From the human T2T-CHM13v2.0 reference genome, Homo sapiens: DNA of 64,000 nucleotides. This document shows positions 51,054-63,599 of this stretch, piece by piece; positions within the stretch are counted from its first letter, which is position 1; every line of letters begins with the position of its first letter. The stretch is taken from the NCBI RefSeq assembly GCF_009914755.1, contig NC_060947.1; one strand, given 5' to 3'. The notes under the pieces were generated by a model. It worked only from the letters and a program-made list of their open reading frames with translations. It ran no database searches and had not been told where the DNA came from. A program made the position numbers and the translations under genes.

Positions 51054-51406
51054 CATATATTTGCTTGGCAAATACAACTTCAAGACAAGTTTTCTAACCC
51101 ATTCTTCCAACCAGTTTGCAATCCTCAAGTCTCTGCTCTATAGAAATGAATAAGAAGAAATGCTGGAGCTCTGCATAAGATAGTCATTTCTCAAAATGAA
51201 GCTGGGACAGGCTGCTTTGTGACTGGAAGGTACTGTAGGGGAATCTGCTCGAGAGACTGTAGAGGGAGTTTCTAGTTTCAATAGAAGTTCAGACTAATAT
51301 GATCTTCTAGGTGCATTTAATTATAAATTCTTAAATTCCAAGCTTTGCAATAAGGTTGAACCCCAAAGAGCTACCAAAGATACCTTTAACTCATTCGGGT
51401 TTTAAC

Positions 51407-51612
51407 TATATATGCATGTCAGCATATAGTTAAAACATGGGTGTACATATATACATATGCAAACATGCACATACATATATACAGTATATATGTATGTATA
51501 TATGAAGTATATAGATATTCTGTATATATGTATGTATATATACTGTTTATGTATGTATGTGTATGTTTGTGCTGAATATGTATGTGTGTGTTTGCATATG
51601 TATATATGTACA
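51407..51612. repeat. Degenerate (TA/TG/CA)n low-complexity tract
   Basis: Directly visible. Confidence 0.9.
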
Positions 51613-52639
51613 ATTCACTGAGATCTCAGTTTTACAATATTACAACTATTAAAATAGTTATCTATAACACTGTATTTCTCCCCAAATATTAATTATCAGG
51701 AAACTTAGTTACAGCAGTAGCCGTTTGTAAAAAGATATCCCCAAATAAGTTCTGAAGGCAAATTATCTTTCTTTTCTGCAATATTCCATAAATTAAGGCT
51801 AATGATTTTAGAGCAATTATCTGGGACAAACCATGGACTTTTAGAGAAAAGGAATTCATATGGATTCTATCTCACTTTGGAGTGTTCACTTGCGCATTTG
51901 TGAGTTACCTTCATCAAATGTCTACTGTTCTGACCATTTTAGAAACATAAAAGATGGAGTTCAAAGGTTCAAACTGAAGAAAATGGAGAAAATTGACAAT
52001 AATACATAAAGCAGCTGTGTTTAAAATAAATCTTCAAATATTCTCTACCTCACCACTGGCACAGCTGTAGGGGAAACTGCTGTAAATGAGCATGTTTTAC
52101 ATTTGGACAGTATAATGAATTTTCCCATAATACTTAAGCAATTAGCTAAGCGTTAGTGTTTTGCATAGAATTTTGTCCTTGTTATAATAATTTCTTACAT
52201 GTTTATATCACTTTAGAGTTTGTAGTGTTCTTTGATGTATATCCTTTTGCTTCAACAAGTTACCCAACAGTTCCTCTGTGCTAGGCATTTGACACGTTCT
52301 ACAGTCTAGCTCATTTAGCCTTCACAAGAGCTTCATACAGAAGGGCCTATGATCTCAGCTTGTGGATGAGCAGCCTGAGGCTTGGATTGAGTCAGTACCT
52401 TGTGCCTGCTGATGCACCTTCAAATTAGAATATGGAGCCTGGCTTCTACCTCAGATCCAAGTTCCCTGGAGCCCAAGCTCTTTGCCATCATCCCTTGCGG
52501 CTTCTGAACTTTGCCTTCCCTTTCTTCTTGTTTCACTTCCACCTCTTACTTATGTGTGGTCTCATACTGTTTAAAACCTTTATTGGTAGTTACTATGGGG
52601 AAGTAGTTATATAAGATAGAGCTGCTAAACAATGACAGT

Positions 52640-52925
52640 CATAACAATAACAATAATAACACTAGTTGCTAATATTTATTGAGCTAAACCGACTGTGTCT
52701 GGCACTGACTAGGGGCTTTTGATTCCTTATCTCCTTGAATCCCCACACATGTATCATGTGTTGCATTTAAAACTTACTCAGTCCTGGGAAGCTGGCAAAA
52801 CTAGCATCCATATCTATGGTTCTTTGAGGCTAAGAGACATGTCTAAGGTCACACTGCTAGTAGGATGAATACCAGAACCTAGGTTATCTCTCCTCCCATC
52901 AGATACCCTTACTCTCTACTGCACC
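52640..52925 (-). mobile_element. MIR SINE
   Basis: AATATTTATTGAGC..GTGTCTGGCACTG..CTAAGGTCACACTGCTAG. Confidence 0.7.
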
Positions 52926-53399
52926 TTACAAATACTAGTGATTGACTACTATATACCCCCAGATGACACTATTTACGTTTGTTTTACCAATTTATTTCCA
53001 CAGCAGGCACTAATACTGCAGTAAAATTAGTGATTGTGTCCCTCTTTAGTGCTCTTCTATTCAAATTACTTTATGCCCCAAGGATAGAAAAGTGATGGCC
53101 TCTCTGTGCATCTGTGTCTCTTTTTCATTTCATCTTATTCCTGACAAAAAATTGAACCTCTGATGTGGACAGATAAGATTCTGACTCAGTGAGCTGCAAG
53201 GCAGGAGTGACTCAGTAGGATAAATGTGTTCTCATGGAAGTCTAGAAAAGCGATCTTAGGGAAGAAAAGAGCATGTACTAAGAAAATTACGTTTGCCTCC
53301 AAGATGAGTCATGGTGTCAACACCTCATCGGAACTAGTCCATTTTGTCCTAAGTTCTGGGAAGCAGTTAGCTACTTTGCTTCCCTTGTCTATAAGGAAG

Positions 53400-53810
53400 T
53401 ATGATATAATGGCAAGAAGGTAGGAGGCCAGAAAATTGGATTCTAAACTGATCTCGACCACTAACTAGCTGTGGGACCGCTTCCCTTCTCTAAGCCTAAG
53501 TATCCTCATGGGCAAAAGGAGAATGTCACATTAACTCATCTATAAATGCCTTTTTACTTGAAAAATAATGATAACTAAGTTTTGCAGAGGGCCTCATGAA
53601 CCACTTCTATGAGCCTTATTGCATTTACTCATCATTACATGCTTGCAAGGGAACCATTTGTCTTTCTTCATTTTACAGATGAGAGAAAGACCAGGACTCA
53701 AGAGCCTAAGTGACTGATCCAAGGTCATACGGCTAGAAGTGGTGGAGCCAGGAATCAAACTCATATATCTTTGATCCTGAACTTCATCTTCTTTTCACTA
53801 CCCCACACCT
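53400..53810. mobile_element. Two MIR fragments (+ at ~53400-53540, - at ~53630-53810)
   Basis: CCACTAACTAGCTGTG..CTCTAAGCCT; CATTTTACAGATGAG..AAGTGACTGATCCAAGGTCA. Confidence 0.7.
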
Positions 53811-54409
53811 ACATTTGCTTACTCTATGTGTTAAACACTTGTCTGTATCTTATTGATTGACATGACAGTCTCAACAGTTGATTTAGTTGTGTGTATAGAT
53901 TCTTTTCCTAAATGGCCACATATTACCTTAATTTGATGACTTCCAACTAAAGAAACGTGATAAATTGTAAGGAAGAATAATCTTTTATGACAGGGGTAAT
54001 GGAGAAAGTAAATAGTTTCTTGAATAAATAAAATTTATTAATATGCCATTGTATTTAGGGCTTAAACTTACTCAGAAACCAATAAATCACCAAAATAATG
54101 CATCCTTCTGAAAGGCCATCCAAGACCTGCTTCTCAACCATTCACAACATCTCTATCCACACACAAGTCTGAGACAGAGACTTTGGGTGATATGTAGCCG
54201 ATCAACTACACCTTGTGGCTGAGCCCTGGGGGAAGTAGACCTAACTAGAAAAACACCCAGATGGACTTTTGGCTGGGTTTCAGTAGGGGCATTCCATCTT
54301 CTCAGAAGCAGAAAACTGATAAGTCATCCTTTTTATTACTCAATGTGGTCTATGGCTTTAAATGATCCTGTTTAGTTTCTGACTCAATAAGCCTGAACCG
54401 ATCTCCTAG

Positions 54410-55100
54410 AAGGCAAGCTCTGTGCCATGTGGGAAATAAGAAGAATGAATAAAGATGGATGGTTCTTATTCATAAGGAGCTTCCATACCAGTGGGGGAGA
54501 CAAGTAAATCATAATTACTAATCCACACAGGATGCAGTAAATGAATAGGAACAGTAGATGGGCTATGGAAGCTCAGAGCATAGAATAAAATAAATCTGAC
54601 TTGGTAGGGGCAGGGAATGGAACTGATGATCAAATGATCAAGCAAGGCTTCACAGAGGAAGTGGCACTTGAGCTGTGACTTAAGGAAGGGTATGATTGCA
54701 AGAGATGGAGAACTGAAGAAACAGCATCCCAGGCTGAGAGAGCAGCGTGTGGAAAGTCACAAAGGCATGAATTTTTATACTGACATTTAGATTGTCTTGA
54801 ATTCCATGCTTTATTCTGTAGGCATTAAGGAGGCGTTGCACATTTTGGGGTAGGAGATAGATGTGATCTGTCTTGAGGTTAAGTAAGAAAAAGTAGGTGG
54901 TGGTATGGAAGGATGGATGGTGGGGAGAGAGGAGATACAGGATAAATTGGAGGTAATCATGAGGTTATGAAATGATGATAAGATATTGAGAGCCTGAATG
55001 GTGGTGATAATGGAAATGAAGACATGAATGCAATTTTTTTTGTGTTTCCACACCGAAGAGGGAGAACCTGATCAGTTGGATACGGAGATGATGAAGAAAG
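54410..55100 (-). mobile_element. L2 LINE fragment
   Basis: AAGGCTTCACAGAGGAAGTGGCACTTGAGCTG..CATCCCAGGCTGAGAGAGCAGC. Confidence 0.78.
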
Positions 55101-55103
55101 ACG

Positions 55104-56424
55104 TGACCATCTGATCTTCAATAAAGCTGACAAAAACAGGCAATGGGAAAAAAGACTCCCTATTCAATAAATGGTGCTGGTATAACTGGCTAACCGTATG
55201 CAGAAGATTGAAGCTGGACCCCTTCCTTACACCTAAAAGTCAACTCAAGCTAGATTAAATACTTAAATATAAACCCCAAAATTATAAAATTCCCTGGAAG
55301 ACAAACTAGGAAATACCATCCTGGACATAGGAATGGGCAAAGATTTCATGACAAAGACACCAAAAGCAACAACAACAATTGACAAATGGAATCTAACTAA
55401 ACTAAAGAGCCTCTGCACAGCAAACAAAACTATCAACAGAGTAAACAACCTACAGAATAGGAGAAAATACCTGCAAACTATGCATCTGAGAAAGGTCTAA
55501 TATCCAGAATCTATAAGGAACTTAATTCAACAAACAAAATGCAAATAACCCCATTAAAATAGGCGAAAGACATGAACAGACACTGCTCAAAAGAAGACAT
55601 ACAAGGAGCCAACAAACATGTGAAAAAATACTCAACATCACTAAATCATCAGAGAAATGCAAATCAAAACCACAATTAGATACCATCATGCACCAGTCAA
55701 AATGGATATTATTAAAAAGTTAAAAAAAAAAAAACAGATGCTGGCAAGGTTGTGGAGAAAAGGAATACTTATACATCGCTGATGGGGTGTGTAAATTAGT
55801 CCAACCATTGTGGAAAGCAGTATGGCAATTGCTTAGAGAGCTAAAAGCAGAACTACCATTCAACCCAGCAATCTCATTACTGGGTATATACCCAGAGGAA
55901 TATAAATCATTCTCCCTCAAAAACACATGCATGCAAATGTTCATTGCAGCACTATTTGCAATAGCAAAGACATGGAATCAACCTCAATACCCATAGACTG
56001 CATAAAGAAAATGTGGTACATATACACCATGGAATACTATGCAGCCACAAAAAAAGAATGAGATGATGTCCTTTGCAGGGACACGGATGGAGCTGGAGGC
56101 CATCATCCTTAGCAAACTAACTCAAGAGCAGAAAACCAAATACCACATGTTCTCACTTATCAGAGGGAACTAAATGATGAGAACACATAGACACATAGAG
56201 GGGAACAACACACACACTGAGGCCTATCAAAGAGTGGAGGGTGGGAGGAGGGAAAGGAGAAGAAAAAATAACTATTGGGTACTCGGCTTAATACCTGGGT
56301 GATGAAGTGATCTGTACAACAACCCCCCATGACATGAATTTACCTATGTAACAAACCTTCACATGTACCCCCGAACCTAAAATAAATGTTTTTAAAAAGC
56401 CAAAAATAAATAAATAAATAAATA
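55104..56424 (+). mobile_element. 5'-truncated L1 (older L1PA, PA13-16-like)
   Basis: TGACCATCTGATCTTC..ORF2 C-terminus ([12 protein letters not shown]), a 3'UTR like that of 10290-13047, and an (AAAT)n tail. Confidence 0.93.
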
Positions 56425-56429
56425 ACTTA

Positions 56430-56670
56430 CATAACATTTAACTGTTACATAACACTTAACACACAGCCTGTTCTAAGGGTTTTACATAAATTAACTTATT
56501 TAATCCTCACAAAAACTTTTAAGACAGAGACTGTGAACTTTAAACATTAAGAAACTCAGGGAAAGAGAAATATGATTTTCTGCCCAAATTCACACAGCTA
56601 GCTCTATGTTAAAGATGGAATTGAAATCCAGGCACTTTGGCTTTTGAAATCCATGTTTTTTAACCACCAC
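56430..56670 (-). mobile_element. MIR SINE
   Basis: TTATTTAATCCTCACAA..TGCCCAAATTCACACAGCTAG..TTTAACCAC. Confidence 0.7.
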
Positions 56671-56943
56671 CCTCAAAAGCCAATAGGATTTGGGTGCACC
56701 TGTAACCACATAGCCTTGCAAATACTTAACATTTTATCATAACTTATTGCCAATGTAAGTCCAAAATAATACCTCATAATTATTTTGATTTATATGTTTA
56801 TGTTAGTGATAGGACCACTTTTGTATACTTATTGGCCATTTAAAATTTGTTCTGCTTGTTTATTTGATCATTTCCTTATTAGGATGTTTTTTCAACATTG
56901 TAGAACTATTTATATACGAGGAGCCCTGCATCTTTGTCATATA

Positions 56944-57023
56944 TTAGGTTGAATCACATAAAATTGCCAATATGTGACCATTTTTGATCTATAAAAATGT
57001 CAGTTTCATATGGTTCAATGTAA
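56944..57023. mobile_element. MADE2-like mariner MITE (80 bp)
   Basis: TA-TTAGGTTGAATCACATAAAATTGCCA...TGTCAGTTTCATATGGTTCAATGTAA forms an inverted repeat. Confidence 0.8.
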
Positions 57024-57039
57024 TGTATTCATTAGTCAT

Positions 57040-58480
57040 AACAATAAGTGATATTTATTTAACACATGCAAATCACTGTGTTTTATTTACATATATCTCC
57101 TCATTTAATTCTGACAACTACTCTAGAGTGTACATGCTATCATCTCCATTTTACAGATGAGGAAACTGAGAGGTTACAAAATTTGCTAAAGTTCATGAAG
57201 CTAGTGGTAGGCATGTATGGGGGGAGGGGTATCAGGATTTGACTATGGTCTTTTGGACTCAAGGGGATATGATTTTAACCACTGCGCTATATCGTTTTGC
57301 ATGTTTGTATTCCAGATAACTGTTTAGACACAAGTTTCTCCAAAAAAAATCCTGGTGGAATTTTAATTTGGATTATGTTAAATTTATAGATTAATACATG
57401 GAGAATCAATATCTTTATGCTATTGAGTCTTCCTATCTAAAATCAAGGTATGTTTCTCCGTTAATTATTCTTTTAGCCCCTTTATAGAGTTTTATATATT
57501 TATTTACAGGACTATTCAAAATGATAATTCCAAGGACTTAATAACGTTTATCCTTTGGGTTTTTATCTTTGTGTTGCTAATGTGATGGAATTGTTTTCCA
57601 TTATATAATCTAAACAGCTACTATTTGTATATAGAAAAGTATTGATTTGAGTACATTAATTTTGTACTTATTCATTATACTAAATTCTTTCTATCTCTTG
57701 AATCTGTTTCCTTCTTTCCATCACAAGACAACCATCCTCTCTTACCTGGATGACCAGTCTCCTAACACCTTTTTGCCTCCTAGCTTCCCTGCTAAAATTT
57801 GTCTCACACTGTTACCACAGTGAGCTTTCAAAAGTACAAATCTCATACTTGCTTTAAACCCTTAAGGGGATTTATGCCCATTGCCTTTTGGAAACATTTA
57901 TGCCCCCTCACAAGGTTTCCAGGTCTCCTTGTGACCCAGACTGATTTATCTACCTTTTAAACAGTGTGTCTTGCTACTCACCCACATGGATACAATATCC
58001 TAGCCATACTAACTACTCTTATTTATTATAATGCAGTGTGAACATTCAGGCCTTAACACTTATTGCATCCTATGAATAGAATGCATTTCTGCCTTATTCC
58101 CCTTCTTCCTGGGGAATGACCCTTCATATCTCAGCTCCTCAGCTCTTCTCTGAAGACTTTTGAGTTCTACAGGCAGCTTCTCCATGCCAGTCACTGTGTT
58201 TCCACACTGTACCATTTATATGTCCCCAGTATTGCCCTTACCATGCAGGATTGTCATTGTTTCTCTACACAGGTTAGTAGTCAAGATGGCCTTTAGAACC
58301 AGACAGATCCAAGTTCATAGCTCATGCAACCACTTGCTATTTGTGTGACCTTGGGAAGGGTATATGATCCCTCGTGGATAATAATAGATAGCTCATGGGG
58401 AAATTGTGAGGATTATTTAGGACAATGTGTGCAAAGTACATAGCCTAGTGCAAGGCACACAGTAGATACTCAGTATTTTT
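57040..58480. mobile_element. Cluster of old repeats: MIR (-) ~57040-57290, L1M (-) ~57300-57690, L2 (+) ~57690-58200, MIR (+) ~58265-58480
   Basis: CCATTTTACAGATGAGGAAACTGAG; AAATTTATAGATTAAT..GAGTCTTCCTATC; CTCTTACCTGGATGAC; TGTGTGACCTTGGGAAG. Confidence 0.7.
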
Positions 58481-59384
58481 TTTTATTTAATAATGCAGAA
58501 GATGAGAAGAAGTAAGACTAACCAGATGGCATAGGCTTCAGGGACAGAGGGGTTGCTAAAGAAGATTTATGGAAGTTATGCTGGGGAGCAGGGAGAGAGA
58601 TAGCTTATATGTTATCCTGTGGAGTGAGTACTGTGGAAAAGTGAGCAGCCTTCACTGAAGAGTAATGTTAAACAATGACATTTTAAGGGAAAATCGTGTT
58701 TTGGTTAAGGCAATGATAACTGCAGAGGAAATGTTTAAGATTTTCACTGGAAGTTACATGCGATATTGTACCTGGAAACCCTCAACTCTCCTACTCTAGA
58801 GAACAAGTTGCCCTAACAGGCTGAGGCAAAAATGTAGTCAGTGGTGGTGAGTCATAAGAGGGATGCCAAGTGTGGAATCACCACAGATGCCAGTCAAGGT
58901 TCAACGTGACCAGCTGTTCAGGGTGCTTTGACAATCCAAAGCCTTGAAACTACGTAAAGGCTCCTTCTGAGTCAAATATCAAAAAAAAATAGATCCCAAA
59001 TGACTCATAATATGATTTCTCCCAGATGCTCTTTCTGATAACTTTGTTTCCAACATTGATATCTGATGCTCTCCTAATTACTTTGGACCACTTTCTTTCT
59101 GGAAGACTCTATATGGCTCTTATCATTGAGCAGCTGCTTCGCAATGAAGATGGGAAAAGACCTCCACTATCTTCTGTTGTGATCTAAGGCCCTCAGTGAT
59201 GTACCCATTGCCCCCATGTATCTTCTCGGGAAGGCCTTTCTGAGGCTTTGGCTGGTATCTTAATTTCTTGTGGAATATACGTACTGGTGTTCTGGTGCTG
59301 TGATGTCTGGATATGTTGAGGTATTGACCATATCCTGGCCCATGGTTTTCCTTTTGTTTATGTGGAGAGAGTCCCTGCTCTGGT

Positions 59385-59453
59385 AAGGGAAGAGATGAAG
59401 GGAAGGGAGGGTAGAAGAGGGGAGGGGAGGGGAGAGGAGGGGAGGAGAGGGGA
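59385..59453. repeat. Polypurine (GGAGG/GGGA)n tract
   Basis: Directly visible. Confidence 0.9.
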
Positions 59454-59915
59454 CGGAACAATTTACTGTGCCTTTTTAAAAAGAGATCGGCCAATAAAAA
59501 ATGTAGATTTTGGAGACAGACAAATCTAGTTATAGCCTTGCCTTCCTCACTTTTAGGTCTGTAGTGTGGGGCTGGTTAATCTTTCTGAGCTTTAGTTCAT
59601 CTGTAAAATGAAGCCAATATGATTTCATGTGCATGAGCAAATAAACATATAAAAAACTATGGATTTTTTTTTTATCTTTTTATAAAGAAACTTTTTAAAA
59701 AGCAAAACCAGACCCAGAAGTTGTCTAATTGAGAGCACAGTGGATTTAGGACCCACCCAGACCTGGGCTGGAGTCCTGGCTTGTGTGACACTGAGGAAGT
59801 CACCTTGCATTTCTAAACTTCAATGGTGTCCTGAGTGTTAAATTTCTTAAATTGAATTAAAGTCAATGTAAAGTGCACATGAAGTGCCTAGTGCAGTTTC
59901 TGAAACATAATAGGC

Positions 59916-60466
59916 TGTTTTAGTCAGAGATCTTCAAAGAAACAGAACTAATAGCATATATAAATATATATATATATGTATGTATATATATAGTGTGTGT
60001 ATATACATATATATATATATATATTTCTTATGAAGAATTGGTTCACATGATTATGGAGGATGAAAAGCCCTCCAATCTGCTGTCTGCAAGTTAAAAACCC
60101 AAGAAAGCTAATAGTATAATTCCAGTCTGAGCCTAAAGGCTTGAGAACCATGGGAGCTAATAGTATAATTCCTAGTCCAAGAGCAGAAGATGAGATGAGA
60201 TGTCTCAGCTCAAGCTGTGATACAGAAAACAAAATGCAAGGGGGGGCTAGCAAATTCCTCCATCCTCCACCTTTTGTTCTATTCAGACCCTCAGTGGATT
60301 GGATTATACCCACCCACACTGAGGAGAGCAATCCTCTTTATTACTGAATCCCTGTATTTAACTGCTAATCTTATCCAGAAATGCCCTTGAAGACATACTG
60401 AGAAATAAAGTTCAATCTGGGCACCCCATGGCCCAGTCAAGTTGACACATAAAATTAACCATCACA
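59916..60466 (-). mobile_element. ERVL solo LTR (MLT2B-like) inserted in a MIR
   Basis: TGTTTTAGTCAG..(TA)n..CCAGTCAAGTTGACACATAAAATTAACCATCACA. TSD TAGGC / TAGGG. The MIR continues on both sides. Confidence 0.9.
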
Positions 60467-61529
60467 TAGGGCCTCAGTAATTTTTAGCCATTGTTATCAT
60501 CATCATCATTATCATCATCCTCAATGGACATGTTTGCTTTTCTAGTTTTGGCATCAACAGCAGCAACAAACATTTATTTGATGCTTATTCTATCCAAACA
60601 GATATCCTCTGTTTGTTACCCCAGTTGTTACTTAAATGTTGAATAGCCTTGAATAGTGGAAGCCAAAGCTATGGTTTTGGTGGTAACATCTAGTCATCAT
60701 TTATCAGTCTACACAACATACTAAATTTAGAAAGCCCCTAAAAGTTCTTTGTCCTCAGACATAGGAGTATTCCCGGAGTCACAGGGGAAGGTAGAGTGCT
60801 TGAAGGTCCTGAAGCAGTTGCGATGTATTTTTAGTTCCTACATTATAGTGTTTTCCCCCCTCACTTTTGTATGCACAGGTGTGTTGAGTAGGGTTGTGGA
60901 AGTAAGAGATCTTGAGATTGAAAATGGGCTAGATTGTCTTCTTTCTTTGTCATTTAAGAAAATGATTCACCTTTCCATTTTGGGGCCCTTTCCATAACTA
61001 AGGGGTACCTTTAGCCAATTATGACTCACTTTTCTATTTTTGTGTTATAGATTTAGACTTGAAACCTTATACAAATGCAATTTTGATATATGTTTTCTTA
61101 ATAGTAAAAGTGACTAAAACTCCCTATAAAATCAAAGATCTTTGTGAAAATGTCACCAAAATAGAAAAAAGAAACCTTTTATATGTAGTAGCAATTTACT
61201 CTCATCTAACAATGCCAAGGGGTTGAAAGAATTATCTCAGATATTTTTAAAAATTGATGGGCTTAATTTTTTTACATCCTGGATTGTTAACAAAAGAACA
61301 ATAACAAAAAAAATTTTAGTAGGCAGACATGCACACACACCTGGGACCAATTAAATATTTTTCCTTCATCTTAATCAGAACTCTGGGGCTCCTCTCTTTC
61401 ACAGTAGACCTACATTCCTCAATTTTGAAGGTTTTCTTTTCTAAATGCTATTTTTTTTAAAAAAAACAAATTTACTGATATTATTTGAGGATTTATTTAA
61501 ATCAAATAAATTACTAGTTTTAATGGTAG

Positions 61530-61750
61530 TAATGATATTTCACATTTGGATTGATGTTACAGATTTCAAATGACTTCCACACATTATTTTACTTGATCTT
61601 TACAACAGACAACAGTCTTATAAGGTAAGCTGGCCAGTCCACATTCCCACTGTATAGATGAAGAAACTGAGTCTTAATACTAGTTCAGGATCATACGTAG
61701 GTCGTCTGATGACTTAACCCAGTATTCTTCCAAATGCACTGCTGTACTAC
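61530..61750 (-). mobile_element. MIR SINE
   Basis: CCCACTGTATAGATGAAGAAACTGAG. Confidence 0.6.
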
Positions 61751-61794
61751 TCAGTCATTGTTTCCTTTTTATTCCTTTAAAATGGCATGAAGAA

Positions 61795-62245
61795 CTCTAT
61801 TAGTTTCCTGCAGCTACTGTAATAAAGTACCACAAACTTGGTGGCTTAAAGCAATAGCAATTTATTCTCACATAATTCTGGAAGCCAGAGTCTGAAATAA
61901 AGGGATCAGTAGAGCCATGCTTCCTCTGAATGCGCTAGAGAAGAACCCTTCTTTGCCTCTTAGCCCATCAATCCTTGGTGTTTCTTGGCATGTAGTTGCA
62001 TTACTCCAATCTCTATCTTCATTGTCATGTGGCCTTCTCACTGTGTGTCTCTGCGTCTTTGTCCAAATTTCTGTCTTCTCATGAGGATACCAGCCATATT
62101 AGATTAGGGCCCACTCTACTCCAGTATGACCTCATCTTAACTAATTACATCTACAATGACCCTATTTCCAAATAAGATGACATTCCTGAGGTACTTGGGA
62201 TTAGGGTTTTAACAAATTATTTTTGGCACAATTCAACCCATAACA
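61795..62245 (-). mobile_element. MaLR solo LTR (MLT1C-like)
   Basis: TATTAGTTTCC..TACCACAAACTTGGTGGCTTAAA..CCAGTATGACCTCATCTTAAC..CACAATTCAACCCATAACA. Confidence 0.88.
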
Positions 62246-63191
62246 AGTACGAGCCATGGCTTTCTTTTCCTGGGCGTAATTTGATAAATTACACTTAAAA
62301 AAAAAAAGTTATCACACCAAGCATCAAAACGCATATATAAATGTTGACAAAAACACACAAAAATATCTTAATCAGTGGTATAGTATTTGATGATTTCTAT
62401 CTATACTACAAATGGCTGGTGGGTTGAGTTTTTTGTGTATACTTTTGAAGCATTTTCTTGTAAGTAGACATGTGTTCTCCCGTAAATAATCTCTCATTTT
62501 TGAGGGATACCAAAACCTCTTAGCTCCTAAGGGGAGGGGAGGTTACTAAGGGTGGAAATTTTTGGAAAATATCTTCAGGCATATATTTGTGTCTTTCGTA
62601 ATGTGGATCTGGATACCACAAAGCTGGAATTGGATCCATGTTTGAATGTGATTCTCAGGAGCAGTTGCTTTTGGAGGGTACTTAGAGAGATTTTGTGATG
62701 AGAGAGGAGTAATCAGAAGGCATTTCCTTTCAACTGGGGTAAGAGTGTAAGTTTAGCTTTGGGGCGTGACCTTGTTCAGTGCTTTGTAACACAAATCCCC
62801 ATTACATTCATAACAACAGGGCTTGCAGGAGGCCTTTGAGTAAATAATGGGTTCAATGTAAGGAGCATTTAGTGAGCAGTTACTCTTTGCAAGGTCCTTT
62901 ATTATGTTGGACACAGAGAGGAGTCGATCATTACACTCCAGGGAATCTAGCCTAGTTCAAGTAAAAATAATACTGGCAACCTACTTTGTGCAAGGCACGG
63001 TAAAGATACTGGTGATATAAAGGTGATGAAGAAGGGAAGAAGAAGGAGGAGGTGGAGGAGGAGAAAACATCACAGGGGCATTCAATTTCTAGTGAAAGGG
63101 GGAAGGCAAGTAGGAAGGCTCATATAATTCAGCATATTCAGGCCTGTGGGAAGACAGACAAGGTGCAACTAGCACAGCCTGGGACTTCAGG

Positions 63192-63256
63192 CAGGACCAC
63201 CACATTGCATGATTCTGAGGAACACTAGTCACATAACTTGCAATACGAGGGTCCTG
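63192..63256. mobile_element. Possible MER91-like hAT MITE
   Basis: Inverted ends CAGGACC..ATTGCA / TGCAAT..GGTCCTG. No clear TSD. Confidence 0.4.
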
Positions 63257-63599
63257 GTTCTGTGGGAAGGTGCTGCTGCCTTAGCTGATTAAACGGTGAA
63301 TTAGAGTCAGCCAATAACATATGGAGAACAGATCCACCCCCATTTCATACTGTTCTGCAAATTAGACAAAGTACCCCTTTGTCTAGGTGTGTGCAGCCTT
63401 TGAAATGGAATATAAGAAGTTTGGACCTGATTCTGCCAGTGGGGAGTGGGGAATTGCCTTGACTGTACTGGGCAGAGTATCAAAGTAGTAACATTAGAAA
63501 AGTTGCCAAGGTATCAATACAAAGAACAATGGAAGGGGAAGAGTGTGGAAGCAGTGAAGCCAGTTAGAGGCTATTATAAAGGTTCAGGAAGAGGAGGAT

